A program made the translations under genes and the position numbers. A DNA stretch of 63,532 nucleotides, the filler included, from Octopus bimaculoides (lineage: Eukaryota), in the NCBI RefSeq assembly GCF_001194135.2. It is 4 parts of 4 records of this genome, joined end to end, with 100 filler letters (N's around TTAATTAATTAA, not from the genome) between each part and the next. Parts side by side here need not be neighbours in the genome. Positions count along the whole stretch, not along the records: positions 1 to 15,875 come from NC_069009.1; 3 more parts are not named here. The stretch is one strand, 5' to 3'. Positions 1-13,165 of the stretch are shown in pieces. The notes under the pieces are model-generated. The model was given only the letters and a program-made list of their open reading frames with translations, did not search any database and was not told the DNA's origin. The first letter of the stretch is position 1. Each line of letters begins with the position of its first letter.

Positions 1-345
1 AGCTGGAGGCAGGGGGCACAGAGGCTGGAAGCAGGGAGCATAGCAACTGGAGGCGGGGCGGTATGGTGACTGGAGGCAGGGAACGTTGCAGTTGGAGGCA
101 TGAGGCAAGGTGCTGGAGGCAGGGGACATGGCAGCCAGAGATAGGGAACGTGGCAGTTGGAGGCATGGAGTGAGATGCTGGAGGCCGGGGGGTGTGACAG
201 CTTGAAGCAGGGAGCATGGTGGCTTGAGACAGAGGCGTGAGGTGACAGTTGTAGATAGGGGACATGGCAGCAGGGAACAGAGGGGTGGAAGCTGGGAATG
301 GGAATATGTCAGCTGGAGACATGTGACATGGTGGAGGCAGTAATA
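1..345. repeat. Degenerate ~21-bp G-rich minisatellite (gcagctggaggcagggaacat-like)
   Basis: (c/t)tggaggc and agggg/aggga recur at roughly 20-40 nt spacing. Confidence 0.7.
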
Positions 346-984
346 TGATAGTGATGATGTTGATGGGTGGTAGTGGTGGTAATAATAATGGTAGGGATAA
401 TGGGTGGCTGAGGTAATGGGGGTGGAAGGTATGATAGTGATGGTGATACAATTCAAGGAATACATCTACAACAAGTACATAATTTGAAGTACACAATTTT
501 TCAAGTACATAAATCAACATACACAACAAGTTCAAGGTATATAATTTAATGCATACATACAACCTTGTACTGTAACAAATCAAAACAAAGATTGTTACCC
601 TGAGTAATAATGAAAATGTTAACCCAAGCCCCATGTGAATTTACCCCAAACAAAGTATATACCATCCACACACACATGCCAATCTCTCCACCCCGAAGAC
701 GGAGGCTGGTTTTACAGTAAAATTTATATGCATCCACTACTGGTTGCATATTCTTGACTTTTTGCACACTTCATCTGTCAACATCACAACTATCACATAA
801 TTCCGAGCCCCCAGAAACAGCTGTTGGACCTAAGACTTCTCCCCTGAGTTTCCTGCATGTTTTGTTCTATAAATACATAAATTTCTATACACTTATACAT
901 GAATATTCATCTCCTGAATCTCTTCAGTTTTTGTTTCTCTGTCTCTCTCTCTCTCTCTCTCTAAATATACATATATATTTTCTT

Positions 985-1300
985 GTATTTGTGTGTCACT
1001 TTGACTGCAGCCATGCTGGAGCACCGCCTTTTAGTCCTACAAATCAACCCCAGGACTTATTCTCTGTAAGCTTAGTACTTATTCTATTGGTACCTTTTGC
1101 TGAACCGCTAAGTTACAGGGACATAAACACACCAACATCGGTTGTCAAGCAATGGTGAGGGAACATACACAGATACACAAACATATACACACATTATACA
1201 TACAACAGGCTTTTTTCAGTTTCCGTCTACCAAATCCACTCACAAAATTTTGGTGGGCCTGAGGCTATGGTAGAAGGCACTTGCCCAAGGTGCCACACAC
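985..1300 (-). mobile_element. SINE family B (microsatellite-containing, tRNA-like head), decayed
   Basis: Reverse complement of the recurring gcaccttgggcaagtgtcttctactatagcc...gatttggtagacggaaactgaaagaagcc...tgacaaccgatgttggtgtgtttacgtccccgtaac...ccagcatggctgcagtcaaa element. Confidence 0.8.
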
Positions 1301-1871
1301 ATTTCCCAAAATACAGATTTTATCCCAAAATGCAGAAATTGTTATTCTTAGCAGAGAAACTTGTTAACCCCAAAAGTTAAACATGCTAGTCCAAGCAAAG
1401 AGAAAGTATAAAATTGTATGGGAATTTGTTATAACAAATGGTGAAAAAAAAAAGGGCTGTTACAAATGAAGTAGTTAAACCCAAATATAAGAATGGTTAT
1501 CCTAAGAGGTGAGTTACACAAGTCAGAGAACAAGACAGCGAGATATGAACAGAAGCTCTTAGATGAGGTGATATATTGATGTCAGTGTTTGTAGAGAAGA
1601 ATGGGGGAGGGGTAAATACTGGGGACAACACACGATTCAGACATGAAAGGGATCATAGCTAATGGAAAAACAAAACATAAAAGGATGTTGATAAAATAGA
1701 AATAATATATAATCAATATAATAATATACTTCGTGCATATTAATATTCATAGGGAAGGGGAAAAAAAAACAGGCACTTCAACCGGGTTTACCGTTAGTAG
1801 ATGCAAATTTGAAAGTCTGTTGTTAGTGAACAAGACAAAAGAACCATGTAGATTATATATATATATATAAA

Positions 1872-2086
1872 TGATGGGGCACTGAAAAGTTTGTGGCTTT
1901 AAGGGTGTGGTGAAAGGCCTGGCTGGAGGCTCAACCTTCCAGGTTCTTTTTGCGGGGCTTAGAAAAATTGAAGGGCCTCTGCAATAAGTGTGTGAATCTG
2001 AGAGGGGAATATGTTGAATAAAATCATAACTAACTGATCCTCCTGAATTTTCTTTTACCCAAAGCCAGGAACTTTTAGCACCCCTA

Positions 2087-2089
<3 letters not shown>
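1872..2089 (+). mobile_element. Mariner-derived MITE, second family
   Basis: Imperfect TIRs ggggcactgaaaagtttgtggcttt / aaagccaggaacttttagcacccc. Internal FFLRGLEKLKGLCNKCVNLRGEYVE* matches a mariner C-terminus. Confidence 0.75.
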
Positions 2090-2126
<37 letters not shown>

Positions 2127-3906
2127 CAATGTTAATATTACTAGGTAGGGGGTGTGAAGGAGGTAAGCCACCAGAATCATTAGCACACCAGGTAAAATGA
2201 TTAGAAGCATTTCATCTGTCTTTACGTTCCGAGTTCAAATTCTGCCAAGGTGAACTTTGCCTTTCATCCTTTTGAGGTTAAGTACTAGTTGAGTACGAGG
2301 GGGATCGATGTAATTGAGGTACCCTCTCCTTCAAAATTCCTGACCTTGTGCCAATGGTGATGTCTTTACGTCCCCATAACTTAACGGTTCAGCAAAAGAG
2401 GCTGGTAGAATAAGTACTAGGCTTACAAAGAATAAGTCCTGGGGGCAATTTGCTCAACTAAAGGCGGTGCTCCAGCATGGCCGCAGTCAAAATGACTGAA
2501 ACAAGTAAAAGAGTATCATCATCATCATCATCATCCAATCTGATTTGGTAGAGAGCTTAGCCAGCAAAAAGGATCAGCAATGTAAGGCTTCGAATAGGAC
2601 TGCAGGGCAAATGAAAAATGAGTATAGCAGTTAGGGAGCNNNNNNNNNNNNNNNNNNNNNNNNNNNNNNNNNNNNNNNNNNNNNNNNNNNNNNNNNNNNN
2701 NNNNNNNNNNNNNNNNNNNNNNNNNNNNNNNNNNNNNNNNNNNNNNNNNNNNNNNNNNNNNNNNNNNNNNNNNNNNNNNNNNNNNNNNNNNNNNNNNNNN
2801 NNNNNNNNNNNNNNNNNNNNNNNNNNNNNNNNNNNNNNNNNNNNNNNNNNNNNNNNNNNNNNNNNNNNNNNNNNNNNNNNNNNNNNNNNNNNNNNNNNNN
2901 NNNNNNNNNNNNNNNNNNNNNNNNNNNNNNNNNNNNNNNNNNNNNNNNNNNNNNNNNNNNNNNNNNNNNNNNNNNNNNNNNNNNNNNNNNNNNNNNNNNN
3001 NNNNNNNNNNNNNNNNNNNNNNNNNNNNNNNNNNNNNNNNNNNNNNNNNNNNNNNNNNNNNNNNNNNNNNNNNNNNNNNNNNNNNNNNNNNNNNNNNNNN
3101 NNNNNNNNNNNNNNNNNNNNNNNNNNNNNNNNNNNNNNNNNNNNNNNNNNNNNNNNNNNNNNNNNNNNNNNNNNNNNNNNNNNNNNNNNNNNNNNNNNNN
3201 NNNNNNNNNNNNNNNNNNNNNNNNNNNNNNNNNNNNNNNNNNNNNNNNNNNNNNNNNNNNNNNNNNNNNNNNNNNNNNNNNNNNNNNNNNNNNNNNNNNN
3301 NNNNNNNNNNNNNNNNNNNNNNNNNNNNNNNNNNNNNAAGAAGGTGTTCGGGCCAAAGTTAAAGTCAAGAAGAGAATCTTACCTTAAGGGACAGAGGGGA
3401 TTGTATGGGTCAGGGGAAGAGAGAGAGTGAGAGAGGAAGCAGGAAGGGACAACTGATTTTTCAAAAGGACCTAGGGGAAATATAAACCTTATTTGGAAAG
3501 AGGTGGGGGTTGGGTGACAGGAAGGGCAACCGGACATAGAAGAAAATCTGCCTCAATAAACTATATACAACCCATACAAACATGGCAAAATGGATATTAA
3601 ATGATGATGAACAAGTACATATATACATACATATACACATGTACAATACATATACAAATATACATATACGTATATGTAGTTATATACGTATATATATACA
3701 TATAAAGATATTTAAACAAATATATATATATATGCATACGCGTACATACATATGCGCATATATATTCATATACATATATACGCACATATCTATATACATA
3801 TGTACATGTATATATATATATACACATACACACATGCATATATATATATACATACATACACATGCATATATGTATAAATATATACCTATATATACACACA
3901 TGCATA

Positions 3907-3957
<51 letters not shown>

Positions 3958-4712
3958 NNNNNNNNNNNNNNNNNNNNNNNNNNNNNNNNNNNNNNNNNNN
4001 NNNNNNNNNNNNNNNNNNNNNNNNNNNNNNNNNNNNNNNNNNNNNNNNNNNNNNNNNNNNNNNNNNNNNNNNNNNNNNNNNNNNNNNNNNNNNNNNNNNN
4101 NNNNNNNNNNNNNNNNNNNNNNNNNNNNNNNNNNNNNNNNNNNNNNNNNNNNNNNNNNNNNNNNNNNNNNNNNNNNNNNNNNNNNNNNNNNNNNNNNNNN
4201 NNNNNNNNNNNNNNNNNNNNNNNNNNNNNNNNNNNNNNNNNNNNNNNNNNNNNNNNNNNNNNNNNNNNNNNNNNNNNNNNNNNNNNNNNNNNNNNNNNNN
4301 NNNNNNNNNNNNNNNNNNNNNNNNNNNNNNNNNNNNNNNNNNNNNNNNNNNNNNNNNNNNNNNNNNNNNNNNNNNNNNNNNNNNNNNNNNNNNNNNNNNN
4401 NNNNNNNNNNNNNNNNNNNNNNNNNNNNNNNNNNNNNNNNNNNNNNNNNNNNNNNNNNNNNNATGTACACATATATACATGCGTACATGTATACATATGA
4501 ATATACAGTTATACATACACACACAGGAGCAAGGGGGTAAGCATTTCACAACACCTTACAACTGGCCTTCAAAAATAAACAACAAAAAAAAAAACCCAAA
4601 CAGTGTGACCACAGCCCTTACAACACACCAAGTGCACGAACGAGACCCTGAAACGGCGCCTCATATGAGACAGAAATAATTGCAACGGAAAGAAAAAGAA
4701 AGAGAAATTTAC

Positions 4713-4784
4713 CGGGTGCTGGCAGTCGAACCCCGGGTGGTGGTACAGACTGTGGGGGCGGAGGTCCAGGAGAAGGGTAAGATG
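4713..4784 (-). CDS. Proline-rich protein gene, exon 4 (ASYPSPGPPPPQSVPPPGVRLPAP)
   Basis: Acceptor tctgtttcaattttag, donor gtaaat, 72 nt, symmetric phase 1-1, in frame with exon 3. The gene continues into gaps or beyond position 1. Confidence 0.85.
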
Positions 4785-5280
4785 CTAAAATTGAAACAGA
4801 AAATCATAGAAATAGGGGACAGAAGAGATATAGGTTCAGGTTAAGCCGAATAATTTAATCGTACTAAAATGACTCGGCATGGTATTTTAATTGAAAAGTG
4901 AATAATTAGCGAGTTGTAATTGGAAGGTAATTAATGTAGAGCTAATGATTTAATTAGATGTAGATTTGTGTTCCTGAGTCTTCACCTCTTCAGCAAGTCA
5001 CATGTTCTTCTCCCTATTTCATAGATTCCTTTTTTTCCCTTCTAATCTATAACCCAACTTAGTATCAGGATCCCTGCGGTTTTTGGTAACCTCACGAGTA
5101 CTGGAGCCACGTAAAGTGTCCAGTGCACTAGGGTGTGTACGAAGGTGCATGGCTCAGTGGTTACAGTGTCGGTCTCACAATCATGAGGTAGTGAGTTCAA
5201 TTCCCGGACCAGGTTGTGTGTTTGTGCTGTTGAACAAAACACTTTATTTCTCGTTGCTCCAGTTCTACACACATATATAC

Positions 5281-5315
<35 letters not shown>

Positions 5316-5367
5316 TGTATATATACACAGACATATATGTCTATATAGACACACATANNNNNNNNNN

Positions 5368-5435
<68 letters not shown>

Positions 5436-6329
5436 CATATACATCATCATTTAACATCCGTTTTCCATGCTAGCATCAGCTAGACAGTTTGACAGGACTG
5501 CAGCACACTTTACTGTCTGTTTTGGCATGGTTTTCACAGCTGGATGCCTTTCCATATGCCAACCACCTCAGAGGGTGGCCTGGCTGCTTTTTACTGACTC
5601 CAGTGACGTCTGCTTCAGCATAGTTTTTATAGCTGGATGTGCACTTTCAAATGCCAACCACTTTACAGGGTGGAATGGATACCTTTTACGTGACAAAGAA
5701 NNNNNNNNNNNNNNNNNNNNNNNNNNNNNNNNNNNNNNNNNNNNNNNNNNNNNNNNNNNNNNNNNNNNNNNNNNNNGTACGGGAGAAGGTGGACTTGTGC
5801 CAGGTGATGAGAGATTCGAGCGTGATACAGGGACCAAAACAGGTGTTTTTGCCATAGAGGGGATACATGGTTACCCGGGAAAGAGGCAGCGGGTGAGTGT
5901 TGGTAGTGATGTGCCCAGGGAATATTCTCAAGGTACACAGATACGAATAAAAATATGATGGTAGAGTATATTGCCAAGGGTGAATGAGAAGGGGGTTCAT
6001 ATTAATGCAAAAGAGAGGGGGGGGGTAGTGCAGTGACTGTTGAAACCTGGGCATTTTGAGGTGGGAGATAGCAGGATAGCAATGACGCAGGGGCAGTGAG
6101 GACAGGATTGGGTTAAGGGAGAGATAACCATAAGTATAGGGCATGAAAAAGACGAAATGTGAGGAAGAGTTACACATATGTACATAATATATATATATAT
6201 ATATACATACATTCACGCATATACAGACATGTATATACATACATGTATACATACACATATAGACAGACATACATATGCATATACACATACATACATACAT
6301 AAACACACACTATATATATAGTCACTGGA

Positions 6330-6640
6330 CAAAGCACCCGTGCTGGCACCATAGGTAAATCGCCCATGCTGTCTCCACAGACGAAGAACCCACACTGGCC
6401 CCACATGGAAAGAACCTGTAAGAGCACTTCACAAAAAAACCCCATACTGGTACTACATGGAGAACACCCATGCTGGCACCACGTGGAAGGCACCTGTGTT
6501 GGCACCACATGGAAGACACCCTTGCTGATGTCACGTGGAAAGCAACTGCATTTGTGCCACATTAAAACCAACTGCGCTAGTGACACATGGAAAACAACTT
6601 CACTGATGTCACATGGAAAGCACCCAGTACGCTCTGCAAA
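6330..6640. repeat. Degenerate tandem array (gtgctggcaccacatggaaagcacc-like) upstream of a retroposon tail
   Basis: Repeated tggcacca..tggaa(ag) units. Confidence 0.6.
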
Positions 6641-8109
6641 GTGGTTGGCACTGGGAAAGGCATCCAGCCATAGAGACCATGCCAAAGCAGACAACTGGAG
6701 CCTGGTGGCGCTCCCAGGGCTAGCCAGCTCCTGTGAAACTGTCCAAACCATGCCAGCATGGAAAACAGACGTTAAATGATGATGAGGATTTACATATGTG
6801 GAGGCGTGGCTGTGTGGTAAGACGTCTGCTTCCCAACCACATGGTGCCAGGTTCAGTCCCACTACATGGCACCTTGGGCAAGTGCCGTCTACTACTGCCC
6901 TAGTCCAACCCAAGCCTTGTGAGTAGATCTAATAAACAGAAACTGTCGTGTGTGTTTGATTAATTGTCCCCCATCACCATTTGACAACTGGTGTCAGTTT
7001 GTTTATGTCCCTGTAATTTAATGGTTTGGCACAAGAGGTTAAAAAAAAAAAAGGTACTGGGGTTGATTTGTTCAACTAAAAACCTCTAAGGTGGTGCCCC
7101 AGTATGGCCACAATCCAATCAATGAAACAAATAACAAGATAAAGGGGACCACCTTTTGTGAGTACACCTGTATTCTTTTTCTTTTTTTTTTGTTGTTCTC
7201 ATGTAAATAATTAACAAACACACATCTTTTTCTCCTCTGTTGTTCACTTGTTCCAGTCATTAAATAGCGGCCATGCTGGGGCACCACCACTTCGAAGAAT
7301 TTTTAGTTGAATGAATTGACCCCCAATACTTGTTCTATTAGTCACTTTTGCCAAACTGTTAAGTTGTAGAGACATGACTGAAATAAGTAAAAGAGTAAAG
7401 ATTATATGTATGTGGATGGAAACTGTGTGGAAGCCCATCACATAAATGTGTGTGTGTGTATGCTTGACAACTGGTGTTGGTTTATTTACATCCCTATCCC
7501 TTTGAAGTGCGGCAAAAGAGTACAAAAGAATAAGTACCAAACTTTAAAAAAAAAAAAAATTGGGGTTGATTTGTTTAAGTAAACCCTTGAAGGCGTTGCC
7601 CTAGCATGGCCACAGTCGAATGACTGAAACAAGTAAAAGATAAAGGGTAATAAAAAATTAAAAAATTATAAATAAATAACAAGCAACCGTTACCAGGATT
7701 TGAAACCAGGACCTTGCAAATAAAACCAATAATAGAAAAGACTATAATAGAACAAAAAAGACAAAAAGAAAGAAAAGACACCTACAGGCAACCACAATAC
7801 CCAACCAAGTAAAAAGAAGAAAAGAGTATGTATATATATATATATATACCTGTTACTGTGTGAACATTCAACACAGGTAGAGAGAACTGAAATGAACTCC
7901 GACAGAGCTAGATGTTACCTTTATACAGTACTTAACATACACAGACATGTCACTTAAGTTTCACAGAGCAGGTGGCAGGTGGTATTTCATTTATAGGGTA
8001 AATTTGCACCTTCCCATTTCACAGCTGACACGACAGATATTTGGTTGCATTTGCTGAGCCAGATGAAATAGGAAGGCACAAAAGTGCCCTCTAGATGAGA
8101 TATTTCTGT

Positions 8110-8490
8110 TGTTATTGGCACTCCGTCACTTAACGACGTCGAGGGTTCCAGTCGATTCGATCAATGGAACAGCCTGCTCGTGAAATTAATGTGCAAGTGG
8201 CTGAGCACTCCACAGACACGTGTACCCTTAACGTAGTTCTCGGGGGACATTCAGCGTGACACAGAGTGTGACAAGGCTGACCCCTTTGAATTACAGGCAC
8301 AACAGAAACAGGAAGTAAGAGTGAGAGAAAGTTGTGGTGAAAGAGTACAGCAGGGTTCGCCACCATCCCCTGCCGGAGCCTTGTGGAGCTTTAGGTGTTT
8401 TCGCTCAATAAACATTCACTCTGGGAATCGAAACCGTGATCCTATGATCGTGAGTCTGCTGCCCTAACCACTGGACCATTGCGCCTCCAC
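8110..8490 (-). mobile_element. tRNA-derived SINE, family A (complete copy)
   Basis: Head ggaggcgcaatggtccagtggttagggcagc (A box) and ggtttcgattccc (B box). Body nearly identical to the copies at 20264, 29232, 45471 and 47041. Confidence 0.9.
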
Positions 8491-10169
8491 GGTACAGTAT
8501 AATCCAATGGCGAAATGACTGCTATTTCTAGCATACAGAGCAAGCACTTAGAAGCTTCCCTTGTTGGTTCATGCCAAAGGAAGTCTGGGACAATTCACTC
8601 CAATTTGACCAACCTGTGGGCATTGGCATGGCCCCTGTTTGTTTAGGAAATAGCCATGACTTGACCGACACCTTTGATGTGAACTTTGACAGACGGCAAC
8701 TGGGTGGAACCCTTTGCATGCGCAGGTATAAATTAGTAAAAGACAAAGTACACTTTGGTGCATAAATTGCTGACAAACAGGTGCATCATACAGAAATACC
8801 TGGTGGTACTTCTTCCACCTGAGTGGTACAAATAATCTGTTGAGGTTGTCAGGCACTTAGAGCAAACAATGTTTGCAAAAGGTATGGTATGAAATTTTAA
8901 AAAAAAAACCTTTAAATAACACTGGTACTGAAGAGAATGGTCATCTGCTCTTCCCTGGGACCATACTGTTGGTCTTCCCATACTACCAGTCCAGACTGGA
9001 CAAGACCCACAATTTCTTTTTTGATCACTAATAGTGATCTGTTGAGGCTAGGCAAAAGCCAAATGAATCTCAAGAACGTAAGCTTTCCAGGTTGTTCCCG
9101 TCTTGCTTATCTTAGTCAATTTCACCAGACTATTAAGGGCCATAAAAGTCATAGGTACTGCCCTCCTTTAACTTCAACTGACTAGGCTTATACAAATAAA
9201 CAAAAACATTCCGTATTCCACAAAGGTTCAAAATGATGCAGTTTATGTTTGACTGAAAAATACTATCAAACAATACAACACCAACAACGAACAGAAAGAC
9301 AGAGCTAATCTCGGCATGCAGACACAGAATGAAATTTCTACTCTCTTTTTTTTTTTTCTTTTTTATCTTTATCTCTTTATCAAGACAATGGCTAAAAACA
9401 CTAATGATGTTGTACATCAATTGTACAGCACGACAGCTTTTTTTTTAAGATTGAGAGAAATTCAAAACTCGGACAATGGGTATTTCACAGAAGAGCAGTT
9501 CATGCTACCAACCAAGATGACAACAAGGAGACGTCAGTTCAATTCCAACTGAGGTATATTCACATTAANNNNNNNNNNNNNNNNNNNNNNNNNNNNNNNN
9601 NNNNNNNNNNNNNNNNNNNNNNNNNNNNNNNNNNNNNNNNNNNNNNNNNNNNNNNNNNNNNNNNNNNNNNNNNNNNNNNNNNNNNNNNNNNNNNNNNNNN
9701 NNNNNNNNNNNNNNNNNNNNNNNNNNNNNNNNNNNNNNNNNNNNNNNNNNNNNNNNNNNNNNNNNNNNNNNNNNNNNNNNNNNNNNNNNNNNNNNNNNNN
9801 NNNNNNNNNNNNNNNNNNNNNNNNNNNNNNNNNNNNNNNNNNNNNNNNNNNNNNNNNNNNNNNNNNNNNNNNNNNNNNNNNNNNNNNNNNNNNNNNNNNN
9901 NNNNNNNNNNNNNNNNNNNNNNNNNNNNNNNNNNNNNNNNNNNNNNNNNNNNNNNNNNNNNNNNNNNNNNNNNNNNNNNNNNNNNNNNNNNNNNNNNNNN
10001 NNNNNNNNNNNCCCCGGCCATTCATTAATTATCCTGGTTAATGTGACGAACCAGTAAACCCGGTATGTCTAATATATCTGATTCTATTTGTCCTGAAGCC
10101 CTTCATCTGAATTTGTAGTTTATAAAGCTATAATTTAGACCAGCCATATGTAGCCAAAATATTCTATCG

Positions 10170-10430
10170 TAGGCGTAGGAGTGGCTGTGTGGTAAGTAGC
10201 TTGCTTACCAACCACATGGTTCCGGGTTCAGTCCCACTGCATGGCACCTTGGGCAAGTGTCTTCTACTATAGCCTCAGGCCGACCAAAGCCTTGTGAGTG
10301 GATTTGGTAGATGGAAACTGAAAGAAGCCCGTCGTATATCTGTATCTATATATATATATATGTATGTGTATCTGTTTGTCCCCCCAACATCACCTGACAA
10401 CCGATGCTGGTGTGTTTACGTCCCCGTAAC
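10170..10430 (+). mobile_element. SINE family B, 5' and middle part (gap-truncated)
   Basis: aggcgtaggagtggctgtgtggtaagtagcttgc...gggttcagtcccactg head, internal (TA)n, then ccaacatcacctgacaaccgatgctgg. Confidence 0.85.
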
Positions 10431-10974
10431 NNNNNNNNNNNNNNNNNNNNNNNNNNNNNNNNNNNNNNNNNNNNNNNNNNNNNNNNNNNNNNNNNNNNNN
10501 NNNNNNNNNNNNNNNNNNNNNNNNNNNNNNNNNNNNNNNNNNNNNNNNNNNNNNNNNNNNNNNNNNNNNNNNNNNNNNNNNNNNNNNNNNNNNNNNNNNN
10601 NNNNNNNNNNNNNNNNNNNNNNNNNNNNNNNNNNNNNNNNNNNNNNNNNNNNNNNNNNNNNNNNNNNNNNNNNNNNNNNNNNNNNNNNNNNNNNNNNNNN
10701 NNNNNNNNNNNNNNNNNNNNNNNNNNNNNNNNNNNNNNNNNNNNNNNNNNNNNNNNNNNCATTTGACGGATATTTGTCCCCATCTTGTTTGTTGTTAACA
10801 CAACATTAATAATAATCGTTCGTTCGTTTAACGTCCGCTTTCCATGCTAGCATGGGTTGGACGATTTGACTGAGGACTGGCGAAGCAGATGGCTGCACCA
10901 GGCTCCAATCTGATCTGGCAGAGTTTCTACAGCTGGATGCCCTTCCTAACGCCAACCACTCCAACATCGAAAAA

Positions 10975-11140
10975 TAACTTAGGAATAAGAACCCAGGTTC
11001 GAAATTTCCCCCAACACACCAGATGAAGGCTGGAGGGTGTATCAGCCGAAACGTTGTGTTAACAACAAACAAGATGAGGACAAATATCCGTCAAATGTAA
11101 ATAATGTACACAATTTTCCATCTCTTAAATATAGAACTGT
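10975..11140 (+). mobile_element. Penelope-like terminal-repeat remnant with a degenerate hammerhead motif (11016-11059)
   Basis: acac-cagatga-a-ggctg(gagggtgtat)cagcc-gaaac-gtt-gtgt. An inverted partial copy lies at 10760-10805. Confidence 0.5.
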
Positions 11141-11149
11141 ACAAGATAA

Positions 11150-11320
11150 TAAATGCTTTTAAGGATATTAATCCCAAACTCAATCCCAAAGGGTCTCCAC
11201 TGTTGGCCCTCTAATTGATGAAAATAACAATCTTCAAGATAATGCCAAAACCATGAGTAAGATACTGCAGAAAGAGTATTGCTCGGTTTTTAGCAATCCT
11301 GAAACTGGAATGAAATGAAA
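11150..11320 (+). mobile_element. CR1/L2-type LINE ORF2 fragment
   Basis: STVGPLIDENNNLQDNAKTMSKILQKEYCSVFSNPE matches the CR1 inter-domain pattern IGPL.D..G....D..EMA..LN..F.SVF. Confidence 0.6.
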
Positions 11321-11836
11321 TTGAAGATAAAAGAATTCATAGAAATCGGGCACTGATCAGCATTAAATTAAAGATTAAATAAGGAAAGAAAATACTAACA
11401 ATATGATTCGTTAAAATATGTGTACCAGAGGCCATATAATACCTTACACACACACATACATATATATATCATCATCATCGTTTAACATCCGGTTATTCGC
11501 GCATTAACTTGTGTAGGCTGCAAAACCTACCAATACATCAAGAGCAAAATCTGTTCAGAGGCCCTTACAATACTATTAAGGATCCAGTCGAACCATCCAA
11601 TGAATTACATATTATAAAATATAATAAAACAAATTATCTATGCATGTTTATTAAGCTGCGAAACAATTGTCGTAAAATAAGAATATTTATGTATAAATTT
11701 ATACACTCCTTATGTTTTTCTGCTGTATTGTACAATATATTCTATGTTTTACAGAAATGATACAAGGAGCTTTTTTTATGGGGACTACTGGATAACTTGG
11801 TTCCACATATTGTGAATTGTATGTGCATATGTGTAA

Positions 11837-11875
<39 letters not shown>

Positions 11876-12784
11876 NNNNNNNNNNNNNNNNNNNNNNNNN
11901 NNNNNNNNNNNNNNNNNNNNNNNNNNNNNNNNNNNNNNNNNNNNNNNNNNNNNNNNNNNNNNNNNNNNNNNNNNNNNNNNNNNNNNNNNNNNNNNNNNNN
12001 NNNNNNNNNNNNNNNNNNNNNNNNNNNNNNNNNNNNNNNNNNNNNNNNNNNNNNNNNNNNNNNNNNNNNNNNNNNNNNNNNNNNNNNNNNNNNNNNNNNN
12101 NNNNNNNNNNNNNNNNNNNNNNNNNNNNNNNNNNNNNNNNNNNNNNNNNNNNNNNNNNNNNNNNNNNNNNNNNNNNNNNNNNNNNNNNNNNNNNNNNNNN
12201 NNNNNNNNNNNNNNNNNNNNNNNNNNNNNNNNNNNNNNNNNNNNNNNNNNNNNNNNNNNNNNNNNNNNNNNNNNNNNNNNNNNNNNNNNNNNNNNNNNNN
12301 NNNNNNNNNNNNNNNNNNNNNNNNNNNNNNNNNNNNNNNNNNNNNNNNNNNNNNNNNNNNNNNNNNNNNNNNNNNNNNNNNNNNNNNNNNNNNNNNNNNN
12401 NNNNNNNNNNNNNNNNNNNNNNNNNNNNNNNNNNNNNNNNNNNNNNNNNNNNNNNNNNNNNNNNNNNNNNNNNNNNNNNNNNNNNNNNNNNNNNNNNNNN
12501 NNNNNNNNNNNNNNNNNNNNNNNNNNNNNNNNNNNNNNNNNNNNNNNNNNNNNNNNNNNNNNNNNNNNNNNNNATATCTGCCCTATCTTCGAAACGCCTA
12601 GCTAGAATAGAGGCAGCTGATGAAGGAATAATTCCAAGTGGCTATCTGTTTTCCTATGTGTTCGTTCCGTTGTCTGTAGTTCATTGTTCTAACGTCCTGT
12701 ACCCTGATATGCATCTATATACACATGTAGATGTAAGTATGTACATATATGTGTGTATACATACATACATATATATTCTTTGTA

Positions 12785-12825
<41 letters not shown>

Positions 12826-13074
12826 TGCAGGTGTAACAGTGTGGTAAGAAACTTGTTTCCCAACCATATGGTTCATGGTTCAGTCCCACTGAATGGCACC
12901 TTGGGCATGTGTATCTTCTATTATAGGTGGTGTCATGAAATACCAGTAAGCAGTTTTGCCCAGTGGGCTAATGATTCTGCCAGCCCGCTGCCACAACAGT
13001 AATAACAACAATATCATATAACACTACATATAACAACATTAATAACAGTTAAAAATAACAGCAGAAATATTTAC

Positions 13075-13165
13075 CTGCTGGTCTGTCCCAGTCGGGTCGT
13101 GGAGGTGCTAACCTGGGATCTGGGGGAGGAGGGCCTCGTTGCGGGGGTGGTACAGGTCTGGGAGG
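13075..13165 (-). CDS. Proline-rich protein gene, exon 3 (PPRPVPPPQRGPPPPDPRLAPPRPDWDRPA)
   Basis: Acceptor cttttctttttacaccag, donor gtaaat, 91 nt, phase 0 to phase 1, in frame with exon 2. Confidence 0.9.

Noticed and set aside
1-410. Possible further Pro/Ser-rich coding exon on the minus strand
   Set aside because: Degenerate minisatellite with irregular unit lengths. Lack of stops follows from base composition and no consistent frame is kept.
8110-8490. tRNA gene calls from A/B boxes in SINE heads
   Set aside because: The heads continue into multi-copy SINE bodies with TSDs and do not form complete cloverleafs.
12585-12640. GAAAC...CUGAUGA arrangement (also 41910-41965) as a type II hammerhead
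   Set aside because: No NUH cleavage triplet or stem III in the required position, and stem II does not pair.
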